The notes under the pieces: generated by a model | The model's input: only the letters and a program-made list of their open reading frames with translations | The model's database searches: none | What the model was told of the DNA's origin: nothing | Shown: piece by piece, positions 13,131-25,344 of the stretch | Numbering within the stretch: the stretch's first letter is position 1 | How the letters are laid out: every line of letters begins with the position of its first letter | NCBI GenBank assembly: GCA_000934665.2 | Contig: JYFJ02003289.1 | Span: 1 to 43,844, forward strand | Length of the DNA: 43,844 bases | DNA from: Catajapyx aquilonaris | Lineage: Eukaryota | Direction: 5' to 3' | Program-made: the position numbers and the translations under genes

Positions 13131-15892
13131 GTGTTAGAGTCACTTTGTGATATGAATACTTTAAAATGCGTGTCGGCTCGGAGCTTGAATTTGCATGCAG
13201 TATTTTTCAAAACGTGGTAACACGTATACAGTACAGTGAGTTATTAAAATAAAATGAAAAAAACCTTGGCTGTACGTACATAGGGGAATTGCCTGCATGT
13301 CCAAAAAGCTAATACTGCCTTCTGGTCTAGTTGTGTGAATATTATTAAAACACTACAGAGCACGTAGGAGGCTGCATCAAACGAATAATTTACTGTACTT
13401 GCTATTCGGCACTGTTTTTATCCTCTCCTTTAGTTTTCATCAGACTCGCAGTACATTAATCAATATTTGCACATTCAAAATCCCATGTTATTGTGCCTAC
13501 ACCATTTCAATGACATAAAATGTGGTTAATAATATTATATTACGCGGCATCAAATAATTGGAAATTAGGCTTCAGACGCTCTGACAGGCTGGACGTATCT
13601 CATGTTGACGAAAATGTAACTTTTGGGACGTATCGGTACACTTTATTTACTGAATTTGAGGAAATGCATTTATTTATTTATTTAAAGTCTATAAAACTGG
13701 AGGCGGGACCCGTGAAAAATCGAGGAGGGTGCAAAGTTCTGAATATTGCAAAAAGGAACTTTGTTTACGAGACAAGTAATGCAGGGCTCTACTGAGGCAC
13801 AAAAAATGTTGCACTACCAAGCTTTCCTCCATGGACGAAGATAAGTTTAAAGTGCAGATAGTTTGAGTCCTTTGATGGCACCCTACAGGCCAATGAGAGC
13901 AACTGAGACTTTTCGAACCGTCGTGCTATATGGGCTTTCGTAACGACTTTTCAGCACATTATACCAAAGCAGAGCTTCCAGGTTATTTGAAAAGTACGAA
14001 ATGTGAACTTTTTTTGGATGTTTACAGTCTGCACTTAAAGAAGCCAAAAGATGCAAAGTATAATAAAATGGAACACAAATAGAGGACGATTTAAGCCTTA
14101 TATTCATGAGTAAATCATCCCACACAGTAGTTCTGATGATATGTAAAACTATGCTGCACATTTCACCTTGTATGCATAAACCTGTCAGTAACCACAAAGT
14201 AAAAGATGACCTAGAAGAATTCATTTAATTTCCCATCTAACACTAACTATCTGAGAACCGCAAGATAATTTGCATCTCGGGCCCGTTTATGGGCTGAAAG
14301 TTCAGTTTCCCGCAGCAAAGACGAGGATCGTAAAATATTCTTCGAAGACCATAACACAATTGAGTGACGCAGACTAACTTAATATAATGTGGCCTTTTCC
14401 ATCCTTAACAATGTAATTCCAAGAAGAATAATACTTCATCCTAAAGGACAAACCCATTCTCTTCCTCATAAATGCATAAAATAAGCTAGGGCCCCCGTAC
14501 CGTATATGAACCTATCTGATGATAATATACAGTATAGTACAGTATTATGAGAACGTACCAATGCTTTACATTCAGCACTCACCAGGCACATATAATAGGA
14601 AATTTATAATTATAGCGACTGTAAAATTCTGCACGAGGCTCGTGCAGCTCTCATTCGCAATCAGTGGAATATCTATATGCATATGATCGAATATGAAACG
14701 GGTAATATTTGCACAGAGGCAGTCGAACTGCTTGAACTATGAAAAATTTTAATTAAACATCAACTAATCAAAAGTTATATATAGCATGAGGTGTACTGCT
14801 AAAATATTCAATATTCCACCCACTTCAAAATTCTCGCCCTGTCTAAATAATCTAAAAGGCCAAGGGATCAGTTCATCAGGTAGTAAAAACATTGTGGGGG
14901 TACATAATTAAAAAATCTTAAGTCAAAACTTAGTTAACCCCTTGGCTACCAGTTCTAGGCGCTGAGATTCGTTTCTGTTCAACTTGCACGTACTCTGAAG
15001 ATACGGTCAAGATATCTTACAAATAATAACAATAACAGCTACACATTCATGCTATACAATATGAATATGTTTGAAACAATTTTCCACTTCTAGAAGTCGC
15101 ACAATTAATTTCCAAAAAGATCGCCTTAACAACTCGAAATTAAATTGCTACCGGGTAAAAAGGTAATTAGTAATTTATGATGTATAATTTTCTGCGCTTA
15201 TTCCCACGTTCTGAAAAAACTGGAGTTATTATATATTTGCGGTATTTCCAACCCCAAACGATGTTTTAATTATTTTTCATTCGAACACGTGAAATAAACA
15301 TGTGTAATTATCACTTTCGGAAAAGTTAGCGCTCAGAGCATACTAATGCATGCAAATGCTTAGCAAGGTGGAGAACAGCCCAAAAATCGATGGGTGTGAG
15401 TCTGCACAGCAGGGCGCGATGCAAGCCGGGTTTCTGGCGTGGAAACACTTGAAGCTTGAGAGACCTGACCGAAACCGCCCACCGTCAACTTTACTATCAA
15501 TAAGTCAAGTGGAGTTATGGAGATGACGTCAAGCACGTCGCTCCGATTGCCCATTTCTAACTTTGCCGTTTTGATTGTCTCTTAATTAGTCTGTTTATGT
15601 GCAGATATGATTAAATAACTAAGGGCAGTGTGCAAGACGGAAAGACAGTGGTTCTTTTGGAGAAAATTCTTGAAACATTTTTAAGCACACAGGACACTAA
15701 TGCTTTCACCAGCAGGCTCAATTTACGTACATACTCGTACCTTATTAGCTTTAGTATGGTACTCCAAAAATAACGTTTTTGTTCACCCGAGGTATTATAC
15801 TTAAGTGCTGAGTCATACGGTATTAGGGACGGTAGTTTGGCTCCACCTGCTACTGCCAAACACTGTCAAGAGGTTTTCTAAACCTTTCCCAG

Positions 15893-16373
15893 CACCAAAA
15901 TACTCCAGGCCATACAGAACGGTGTGCTTCACGGAGTGCAGTAATCTGGTGGAATAACTTGCAAAGAGGCATTACGGGCAGGTAAATTTTTCGGTGTTTT
16001 ATTTTTTTAAAGCAGGTAAAAATGGTGTAATAAAGTAGTTGACTTACAATAAAGTTAAATGTGATTGAGCAGTATAGCGATCAACTTCATCACTTCTTCT
16101 ACGTACGAAGTAAAGTCACCATTCAATACTTCCTGACTCTTATAGGTGGTATCAAGTATTATTGGAAAAAATAGTCGCCAGCAGTAGACTAGGCAATAAC
16201 ACTTTATCATTCAACTGTAACTATATTTTGATACATCTTGAAACAAACTTTGCCTTTAAAAAATATCTTCCAGGACTAAAATGAACTCAGCCATGAATCA
16301 GGGATTTGGCCCGAATCAAATTATGCGAATGGAGAAGAAGCGTGATCTCCTTTCCATCCTGGCCCACCCCAAG
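15893..16373 (+). CDS. Candidate exon pair (15893-15981, 16274-16373) of an unrecognised plus-strand spliced gene; possible further exons 8962-8997, 25808-25893, 26417-26495
   Basis: Good splice sites (tttcccag|...AG|gtaaat and tcttccag|...AAG|gtatga). Each exon has exactly one open frame and the two join in phase 2: HQNTPGHTERCASRSAVIWWNNLQRGITGR|TKMNSAMNQGFGPNQIMRMEKKRDLLSILAHPK. No homology recognised. Confidence 0.35.
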
Positions 16374-16630
16374 GTATGAATAATTCGGTCCTCTGATGGA
16401 AGCTGCTAGGCCCGGATACGTCCCTCCTTTCGTGATGCATCTACTCGGTTTATCTCACTTTTAGGTAGGCCTTACTCCGAGGCTGTCACATGAATGCTGA
16501 ATGCACTCTGGAGAATGATCCTCATCTTCAAAATGGTGCTCTCCAATCCCAGTCGGATCTCTCTTTTTACGCTCTCATATGGCGACGAAATTCTATTCAG
16601 CAGGCTTTTGCTGTCCAGCTCACTGTCATC

Positions 16631-16686
16631 TTCACTAGTCCTTTCCAACAATATAGCAAGCTATATTGTTGGAAAGGACCAGTGAA
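16631..16686. repeat. 56-bp near-perfect palindrome
   Basis: TTCACTAGTCCTTTCCAACAATATAGC-AA-GCTATATTGTTGGAAAGGACCAGTGAA: 27-bp arms, one mismatch. Confidence 0.9.
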
Positions 16687-18539
16687 AAATCAATGTCATT
16701 TTCACACAATTTCAACTCAGTTATTGCTGATTTTTTCTTCTAAAGTTCAACATTGTCTACAATGTTGAAATTTATGAGAGAGAAAAATTAGCTTGTAATA
16801 TAATAGCACATTTAATAACTTTTTAGGTTATACAGCCAGCCATGCATTACGTACAGTGCTTTAACGAGTAGGGAATGTCAGCCCAGCGTGAAATAGCGTC
16901 ACAATATAGGGAAGGTAGGTGGTGTTAGGGTCTGCGTTACGCAATTGGGACCGAACTTTTCAACTTGAAGGGCAGAATTTTCTCATTAATTCTCGAGCCC
17001 CTGCATTTGTCGTGCTTGGACCCAAGCTCATTCCGGAGGGATTCGAGTGAAATTTCGCAGTTCAGGGTGAGAATACTTGAGTGAAAAGACCGATATTTTA
17101 TTTAAAAATGGGCGGAGAAGTCGAGAGTTATATTTCACATTGTTGGGGACGAGAATCAAAGTCGGAGGGACGAAATAATATTGTAACAAATATTTGTAAT
17201 GTTCAGGACTTATTTACTTTATTTTTCACCTTATCGGTAAATGACATGTGACAATATTTAACAACGTAACAGTCTGATGACTTATTCTTATAAATTCATT
17301 TTTGTAGCAGATAAACTTAATAAAGTGGCAATACCCTAATTTCTGTGGATACACACTATAGAGTATAGACTCTATAATTATGCCGTGAGGATTACAACGT
17401 CTGCAAATAAGAGCTCATTAATTCTCTCAACCCCCCATTTAATTAACGCGACCAAATCATGTTAAGTTATATGCTGTTGGGCTTATTCCCTCATGCAGTG
17501 TTTGCTGACTTTCACCTCTCATTTCTCATTATAACCTATACATATCATATCTGCTCCACTTCTCCATATTAACAGTGTTGTAATGGCTCATAGTTGTGAT
17601 AAATATAGCACACACCTTTGAGTGTATTAAATTTAAGCAACCTGCAAAACCTAAGAGAACAAGCAGTTGAAAAGAGAGTATATAAAATCAATCCTAACCT
17701 AATCAGGTACTTCATATTTCGTTCATGTAGCCAGTCAAATCTAATTTGCTGCGGGATTGGCGTCCGAGTAAGAAAATATAAAAGAAAAAGTTCCCTCTGG
17801 GACTGAGCATGTGGGAGACAAAATATTACCCTCCAAAAATTACTTTCTATTTTTGTAGCAGCATTTTGAATTTCAAAAGAAGTCCCTATGGCTGCTGCTG
17901 GATTTGTACAGTTGTACAAAAAGATGAAGTAGGTCTAATAATTTTCATTAGGCCTATACATTTATATTGTTTCTGGGACTCAGGTGAATGATAAGGATAT
18001 AGCAACGTCAGGTACAACATCTTCACCGTTTTACCTGATTAAGTAGCATTAGTTCATCCACACTCTGCGGCCCTTCATGAATACTGCATGCACTCCGGAG
18101 AATTGAACTGGCCTTACTGTAGTCCAACTATAGATGAGATTTTATAGCATCGGTATGTTCCTATAATATTATGGTGCAAGTATACCCAACGACGAGAAAA
18201 TCTTTCCATAAACAATAATCAACGTCACAATGTATAGCCTTATTAGGCGTTCCTTTGGTTAGATGTGGACACTTGACGAGAATGATGAATGAGTACTTCT
18301 ATACTGTAATAATCCCAGTAGATAACAGGATTAGAGGAGGGCATGGAATAACAAGCCTTTTTTGCACGTGAGAGTGACATTTCTTCCGCATCAGAGTGCT
18401 CTTTCTCTCTGACTTGTCAGAAGGCCTTTTCACGCTGACTGGATGAGCTTCATTGGAAATGGCAGCTTCTGGAAGTAAGCTAATTTGGCTCGGAACATGT
18501 TTGAGAAATAAGCTGGGCTTGAAAATGCAACTTCAGCCA

Positions 18540-19050
18540 TTTAAAACCTGTGCTTTGAATCCAAAGGCAGAATCAATTCTGAATGCCAGCAAAGCACTAT
18601 GACCTATAAATTTGATATAACAATTCCCTCTAATAAAGCATGCTCTTTGTGTCGTTTTCATTGTTAGAACACGACACATTGATCTTAAAGGCTTTCTAGC
18701 ATTACCTAGAGTCCTAGTTGGCCTCCTGCTTACTAAATGAAAATATATCATTAGTTTAAAATATCCAATGAACCTACCTAAGTTGCACATAAAGCCCCCA
18801 CAGCTTTTAAGCCCATCACCATCAGTTGGCGATATTTCGGTGGGAGCCTCTCTAAAGCATCGAAGGCTGATTTAGTGCGAGTGCCCGTTTCTGCATATGG
18901 AGCAACTGATGCGGGCCTATGGAGTACAGCAGCTACTACTGTAAATAATAGATGAAAGAGAGGGCGGTCTACGTTTGTGACCAGAACGAATGTGATGGGA
19001 TGCGGGGGATTGGCTCTACACATATACAAGGACGGGGGAGTCCTTCGGGA
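18540..19050 (-). mobile_element. Decayed I/Nimb- or R1-like LINE fragment, post-RT region
   Basis: NVDRPLFHLLFT...KSAFDALERL...MGLKAVGALCAT*VGSLDIL resembles ADR.TLL.LY...KS.L..LD...GLRLA.GAFRTSP..SL. Confidence 0.4.
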
Positions 19051-19865
19051 TACTGCTGTTGGAACTCGGCAGGTGTATATGTACGAACAACATGCCCAAA
19101 ATAAAGTTTTCAGTAGGACTGTCTGGAGTTTAAAGCCGATCTAAATAATTACATCACTATACAGGGTCATCTTTAATGTCAATAATAATTAACATTGCAG
19201 GTACCATGTGAAAGAACAGAACATCTTTTACATGCGTACAGAGTTTCAGGTAGTTAAATTTGAAGGCCCGCATCCCTTTAGTAATCAACATTTCCAACCA
19301 TGTTATGGTGGCAGCTTAATTTCTCGCTCTAGTAAATTTAATCCATCAAAGGGAGCGGGATGTAAAAAAAATTGTGATAAAATGAAGTGCCATTTAGAAT
19401 TTACGCCGCATCCAACAGACCGTATTTGCACAACAGGTACACGACTCGCATGCAATCTCTTTTATATGCTGCAAACAGTACTCTGTACACTGTTCATCTG
19501 TCAGAACCGTAATTTTGAGAGACCTGGCAAAAGCAAACATAATCACGTTAAAGTAAATAATAATAACGTGTTCAGCTTTGATGAACACATGGATGTTGGG
19601 ATGTATTCTATCTTGTTAGCTTCTGGCAGCAAGAGTGTTTTTTCATCCACTTATAAAGCATGTGCGCAGTACCTTTGTTGTGTGGAATATCCTAAATAAT
19701 TATGAACAAAATACAGTATCACATTTACTGATCATTAATGTAGGGCCTACTTGTGATTTACAATTCATATCCTGGAGTATTGCAGTGTATACTGTATACT
19801 TAAAATCAATTTGTCCCATGCATTACATTGGTCCATGGTAGTACTGTTTTTATGTAGAAGTATAC

Positions 19866-20666
19866 CAGGGTTCGGAAATTTAATTTACCGTCGCTTTGGG
19901 AAATGATAGAGGGGTTCCAGGCGATCACTTTGAGTATATGCAACAGGAGTCTCCGACGCATAGTTACCGAGATGATGTGCTTCACACACACAGGAGGCGG
20001 AGTGGTGCTGCGTTAACGTATGCGCCCACGGATGTTAAGGTCCCGGGTTCGATCCCAACCAGGGGACACCCCCTTCATCTCGTGCAGAGTTCAAGGTCAC
20101 CTCTGGCTTCGTCTCGGGTGGTATTTCCACAGACTAAACCACCCGGGGGAGTTCACTAAAAATGGCCACCACGTCAGATGCACTGCACTTGCACATCCCC
20201 TCCTGTCATCCTGCCCGTGGGCCCGGGCGCTTCTCAATGGCTCCAACTTGTACACTATGTACGATCAAATAATAAAGGTCCGTGCCGAACGCCGAAAGGT
20301 GAAGCACTACCCCCACAATTATTATTAATTATTATTATTATTATGTGCTTCACACACAAGGTATAAAATATCCTGGCACGTATGCGTCCCTCCATGCGAC
20401 CTTCCCTTTTTCATTTAAATTTAAGGTGTTACCATGTAATTTCATTTTAATTTACGATCCTACTAGGTGTAGCAGGGAATGTCCTAGGCGATGGAAGTGT
20501 CGTAAGCAATATCCGATACCTACAACCTGGGATAATGCACTTTTTATTTAATACTAATTATCTCGGCAACTATGCGTCGGAGACCATGTTGCACATACTC
20601 AAAATGATCGCCTAGAACCCCTTTATAATTTCCCAGAGCGACTGTATATTAAATTACCGAACCCTG
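19866..20666. mobile_element. Tc1/mariner-type MITE with ~110-bp imperfect TIRs, interrupted by the SINE
   Basis: CAGGGTTCGGAAATTTAATTT...CCGAGATGAT is mirrored by ATTATCTCGG...AAATTACCGAACCCTG. TA follows the right end; the left flank is TATAC. Confidence 0.8.
19991..20342 (+). mobile_element. tRNA-derived SINE, full length, with (ATT)n tail
   Basis: A-box-like TGGTGCTGCGT near the 5' end; B box GGTTCGATCCC at 20046-20056; ATT-repeat tail; perfect 16-bp TSD ATGTGCTTCACACACA at 19975-19990 and 20343-20358. Confidence 0.9.
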
Positions 20667-22619
20667 TATACAGTGCAGTACATTGGCGGACGAAGGTAGA
20701 TGCATTTATGGACATCAGTCACTTATAACAAGCTTTTTTCATAAATGTTAATTAGCAGTAGTCGACTCTTCATATAAGGGCCTTTAAACTATTATCTTGA
20801 TAATAATCGTGGAAGTGAGTATAGAAAATTGTGGTGAGAAATAATATTGCGCAGGGAATGTAGTCCACCCTGGACGTACTGTACACATACGCAGTAAATG
20901 TTTAAAATATATACATTGCAGTTTATAAACAATTGGGCCTGACTCTCATTGTCAAACATGAAATCAGTCATGCCCATCAAACAATAGAGATTCTGCCATA
21001 CCCCAGTTAGTGCAAGGCACGTAGCTGGCCTGTTTGAGACTTTTCAATAGGGCCGCAGGAGACGAACTTTGCAGCATTCCAGACTATTCAACTGTCAGGT
21101 CCACCTCTCCTGAGCCTAGAAATTACGGAATCTAACCATGGCCAGGAGTAGGACAAAGGGGTGGCTGTCGGCATTCTACATCCAAAATTTCGGTCTCAGC
21201 CGATATGCGATGAAAGCCGATGAAAGCACATCAATAGCCATCAGTTAGTTCAAGTGTCTTTGTTTGTGTCTATTTTACACTTTGTGTAATTATTCTTTTC
21301 CTGAGGACATCTTACGTCAAGTTATTGCAAATGCCAGTGAACTTAAGCACACACACGCTGGTTAGTGGAGGAGTGCTATAGTTGTGCTACAGTAGGTATG
21401 TTACGGCAATAATATATTGCAAATCATATCCGCATAAACTTATAATGAGTACAAATCTTATGTAACTATTGAGATTTTCTGAGAACTTTTACAAACATGC
21501 TAATACATGCACTGACGTCAGTAGCTACATGCACAATGCATTAAGATGTTCAACAGTATACATTATGTTCTCATAATTCGTCGTCACAGTGCTCTCCGTA
21601 AAGGAAAGCCAGAATAAAAGCGTTAATTTTTTTTCGTGCCACATATAATTTGAGATATGAGCGCGCTGTTGGCTCCAAGATGCCTTATATGCCACAGAAT
21701 TACACCGCATTAGTGAGAGGTCGACGCGACTGTGTCTCGAGTGAAAACTATGCTGCAGAGAGGTCTTTCGGTCATTCTCTAAAATTCTTTGGTATGTGGT
21801 TGGTAAGGATATTTATTAGAAATGTAAAATTTCATTTTGCGCCATACATTATGGTAATACAAACGGCCATAATGCATGAGACAACGTGGCGTGGGGATTG
21901 TCGAGTCATGCTTCCAAAATCGAACCCACGGGTCAACCAAGATTTATTTGACCTGGTCCTTTTCCACCAAGAGAGTAATTAAATTCCCTACAACATCCCT
22001 CTCCTGGAAGACACATTTTCTACTCGTAAATGTAACTAATTGTGTCTTTCCATTTGCAGGTTTTATGCACACAAAAAATCATTACAGTAATGTTACACTT
22101 CAGGTTAATGTTTTCTGGCATACTAAATCGGCCTGTCAAAAATGGCCTATCATGTTACATATGGATTAAAAGGAAGATCTAATGCCAGATGAGCAGCTTA
22201 CTCAAAACTATAGTGTTAAAATCGATTGCTCTGCTGACACTGCCTGTCATTTGGGCTCGTTTACTTTACGCCTTATTGAAACTGAACACGTAGTTTAATT
22301 ACCTAACGCAGAAAATCACAGTACATAATCTAGTTATACAGTAATTAAAACTTTGCTAAGTAATAGCCAATCAATAGCGTGCGCTCATGTCGGGAAATTC
22401 AGCTCTCACCCATAGAGAATCAAGACCTTTTGAATCCTCTTACCACCTCTAGTGCCTTCAGCGATGTAATCCTAGTGCAAAAAATACACGTCGCCTCAAT
22501 AAAACATGAATTACCTTTAACTCGCAACTATAAATATCATTAGCGTCCAAGTAATGTGTTTTGCTACGAAAGTGCTTTTCTGTTTTCCTTTCTCCTCCCA
22601 GGGAAGCTTCCATTAACGG

Positions 22620-23660
22620 AGGGTTGTTTCCGGGATTACAGGCACATGTCCATCGGATTATCTGTCCACATTGCCGAGCAACTCTCTCAGGCACAATTTT
22701 GACACAAGAAACTACTTTTTGGACCATGTCCGTGCATAGTCCACTTTTGAAAAGCATCTGCTCTTTGCAAGGAAACCTCTGAATAAGTCGTATTACTGTG
22801 TACCTCTATATTCTTACACAGGTTGGGATAGCACTTAATTCTATTTCAACACATACATATATCACCCGGTCTGGAGTTACAGTGGACCTTGTCTGTTCCC
22901 CTAACCACGTGCAGGCCTGTAAGCGGTGGTTCTGTGCTTTTGGGAATGAACTGGCTTGCAGACAGGAATTTATACCCGAGTCTCGCATGCTGCTGATGAA
23001 CTGTTGGGAACGGTGCACACTACTAGGACCAGTACAAATAGGGGCAGGGTAGAGAAACTTGTGATGTAAAAGAGTCAGAGTTCACGCTGTTTGCTCAAGA
23101 AGAATCTAAGTTGTAAATTGTAATGTCTGTAATATCTCAACAAAAATCTGTGCATTTGTAAATATGAAAATGTCAGAAAAACATCTTTCCACTCGGTATT
23201 AATATGCCACAAAACTACTGTACCTTACTGTATATTGCATGTAAACCTTGAAATATGGGAGTTTTTGACAACACTGTGAAGGTATAGTTAGTTTCGTGGT
23301 ATTTTGGTTTCCTCAAATTCTGCCAGAAGCAATTACCTTGTATTCTCGGCGATTGCTAAACTTTTGTTTCAGCCGAGTTAGCCTAGTAGAATTTACCTCG
23401 TGCGCTAGAGGGCAAGCCAATTATTGTCAAAACTTCCCTCATCTACAACTAGTACCCTATTTCAGTGTACCAGCAGTACAGCTTCAATTCCGTTACTCAG
23501 AAAGAAATCGATGCCTCATGGGAAAAGCTACACAATACGCTAGCTAACGGCGGCGGAAAAACATTTCTTGACTTTCCAATAGACTTTGTTTTGTTCATGG
23601 CTCCAAAAGGCCATTTGAACAAGAGAATACAACGTCCAGAAAGGCAAAGGTTACAGTGAC
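22620..23660 (+). mobile_element. Decayed LINE ORF2 fragment: endonuclease end, linker, pre-RT region
   Basis: Motif remnants in the expected order: ETTFWT...LLKSICSL (cf. PTYF...IDLSICSP), RWFC (cf. PWW...C), FNSVTQKEIDASWEKLHNT (cf. N.PFT..EL..AL.K..NT.PG). Confidence 0.4.
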
Positions 23661-25317
23661 TCTGAAATATTTCGGTTAATATTCGGCATTGCAATCAGTT
23701 ACGAGAGTACAGTAGCCTATATTGTGTAAAATCAACAAAGTGTTATAGAGAGTATGTACTGTATACATAAAACTTCACACATCCAAATGGATGATGGGAC
23801 CGTGGCATTTAAATAGCTAGTCCTGCCACAGTGCAACGGATCAATTATATCGATCTCAGTATATTTAACGTTGGTATTAAACTGTCAAGGTCACTCTTGT
23901 AGCAAACAGATCTCCGCAAGGTACTTCGCAAGGGAAATGTCAATATCTTCTAATGAAAAGGAAATATTGGATTTAATATTGCACTTTTAATTTCTCACGT
24001 GACAGTTATTGTCCGTTTATAGAAAGTTTTGCCATGCCAAGAATGTATTTTCCTACTTGATCTTCAATATTCTTTTGATTTCATATTACAACAAATATAG
24101 AATTGCAATTAAATGCGATTGATGTGTTGTTAACCACCGATTTCCTTTTGTCAACAGTTTTTGTAACATCCTCATTGGCCAAGTCTACTTATGAACTTCT
24201 CCGAACACTGAGTGAATATGTCGATATATTGCAGGATATATTAATTCACTCTTTTGTTTTTAAAACAGCCATCAACTATTTTAAAATTTCCTGCACATTC
24301 TAAGTTTCAACTAAATAATTTTAACACATCGCTGATGAGCCCAGCAGTTAATAAAGGAGAAAGTGTTTGGGAGGCCTTAACTATCCGCTTCTGAAAAAGA
24401 GGCAGGAAATAAATTGCGTGAACGACCCTGTCGTTTTGCCACCGCCTTGACGAGATTAATGGGCGTCTGGACAATTCCTTTTATCGCACTCTATTAGCGA
24501 GAGATGGCTGCGACACTTTCGCACGAAAAAAATTTGAGTCTTTTCATTTGAAGAAAGTAGCTTCACGTTAATGACTTATAGACTCTCAGAGGGACACAAA
24601 CATCAACTTCTTCTCTTCTCTTCTCTAGACTTCTTAACCCTATAGCATACTTTGCTCTAACAGCATAAGTAAGCCTATCGGATTATTCAGAAAGCCTTTA
24701 TATTCAGGAATGAAATATCAGAGAGTTGTCACATTTGGAAGAATATTATACCTGCCAGCTTCAAGAGATATTCATTTGCCTTGCGACATGGCTTTCGGCC
24801 GCGATTTCATTACATTTCACTACATTTAATTTATGGGCACGTAGTATTCTAAAGCTATGATTTTAAGCAAACAAGTCCACCTTTCTAATGTTGCAATAAG
24901 CTACCAACATATTAAACACCATCATTAAAAGTCATAAAAATGGAAGACAGTTTGTTCGAGACATAATGTGCACATTGATTATGCCACGCTACACAATCAT
25001 AAGTAACATTGAATATTTCAATAGTATATAGTGTAATGCACAAGGCGTAGTTGAATTGCCAGAATCGTTTCTTTCTTGAGTTCCCGAAACGGTTGACTCT
25101 GGTAAAGGTGAGGGATGAATGAGAATGAGGATCGGAGAAACACGTAGTCAATTGGAAAAAACGGTCCGGATTTTTTCTCTCAAACAAAAGAGACCGCAAT
25201 GCAGTCATGTTAATTTGCGACAGAATTATACTGCATTCTACATGTTCTCTCACAACTGTAATTTCCTTTACTAATATTTATGAATACTGTACTTTAAATG
25301 AGAATTTTCAGTAGCGC

Positions 25318-25344
25318 GGGGGGGGGGGGNGCGGGGGGGGGGGG
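25318..25344. repeat. Poly-G tract containing an ambiguous base (n at 25330)
   Basis: Directly visible. Confidence 0.9.

Noticed and set aside
19208..19699. 163-aa plus-strand ORF and the many other 60-130 aa ORFs in the track
   Set aside because: No domain motifs; they overlap MITE/LINE relics or are antisense to real exons, and are consistent with chance ORFs.
19991..20065. tRNA-like sequence with A and B boxes (likewise 37235-37305)
   Set aside because: No proper acceptor stem; each is followed by a body, repeat tail and TSD, so these are SINE heads, not tRNA genes.
24323..24368. CTGATGAG...GAAA hammerhead-like core
   Set aside because: Stem I is absent and the closing pairs of stems II and III are missing.
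25318..25344. Poly-G (and poly-C at 32961) as G-quadruplex elements
   Set aside because: Both contain an n, so run length and local assembly are unreliable; nothing supports a function.
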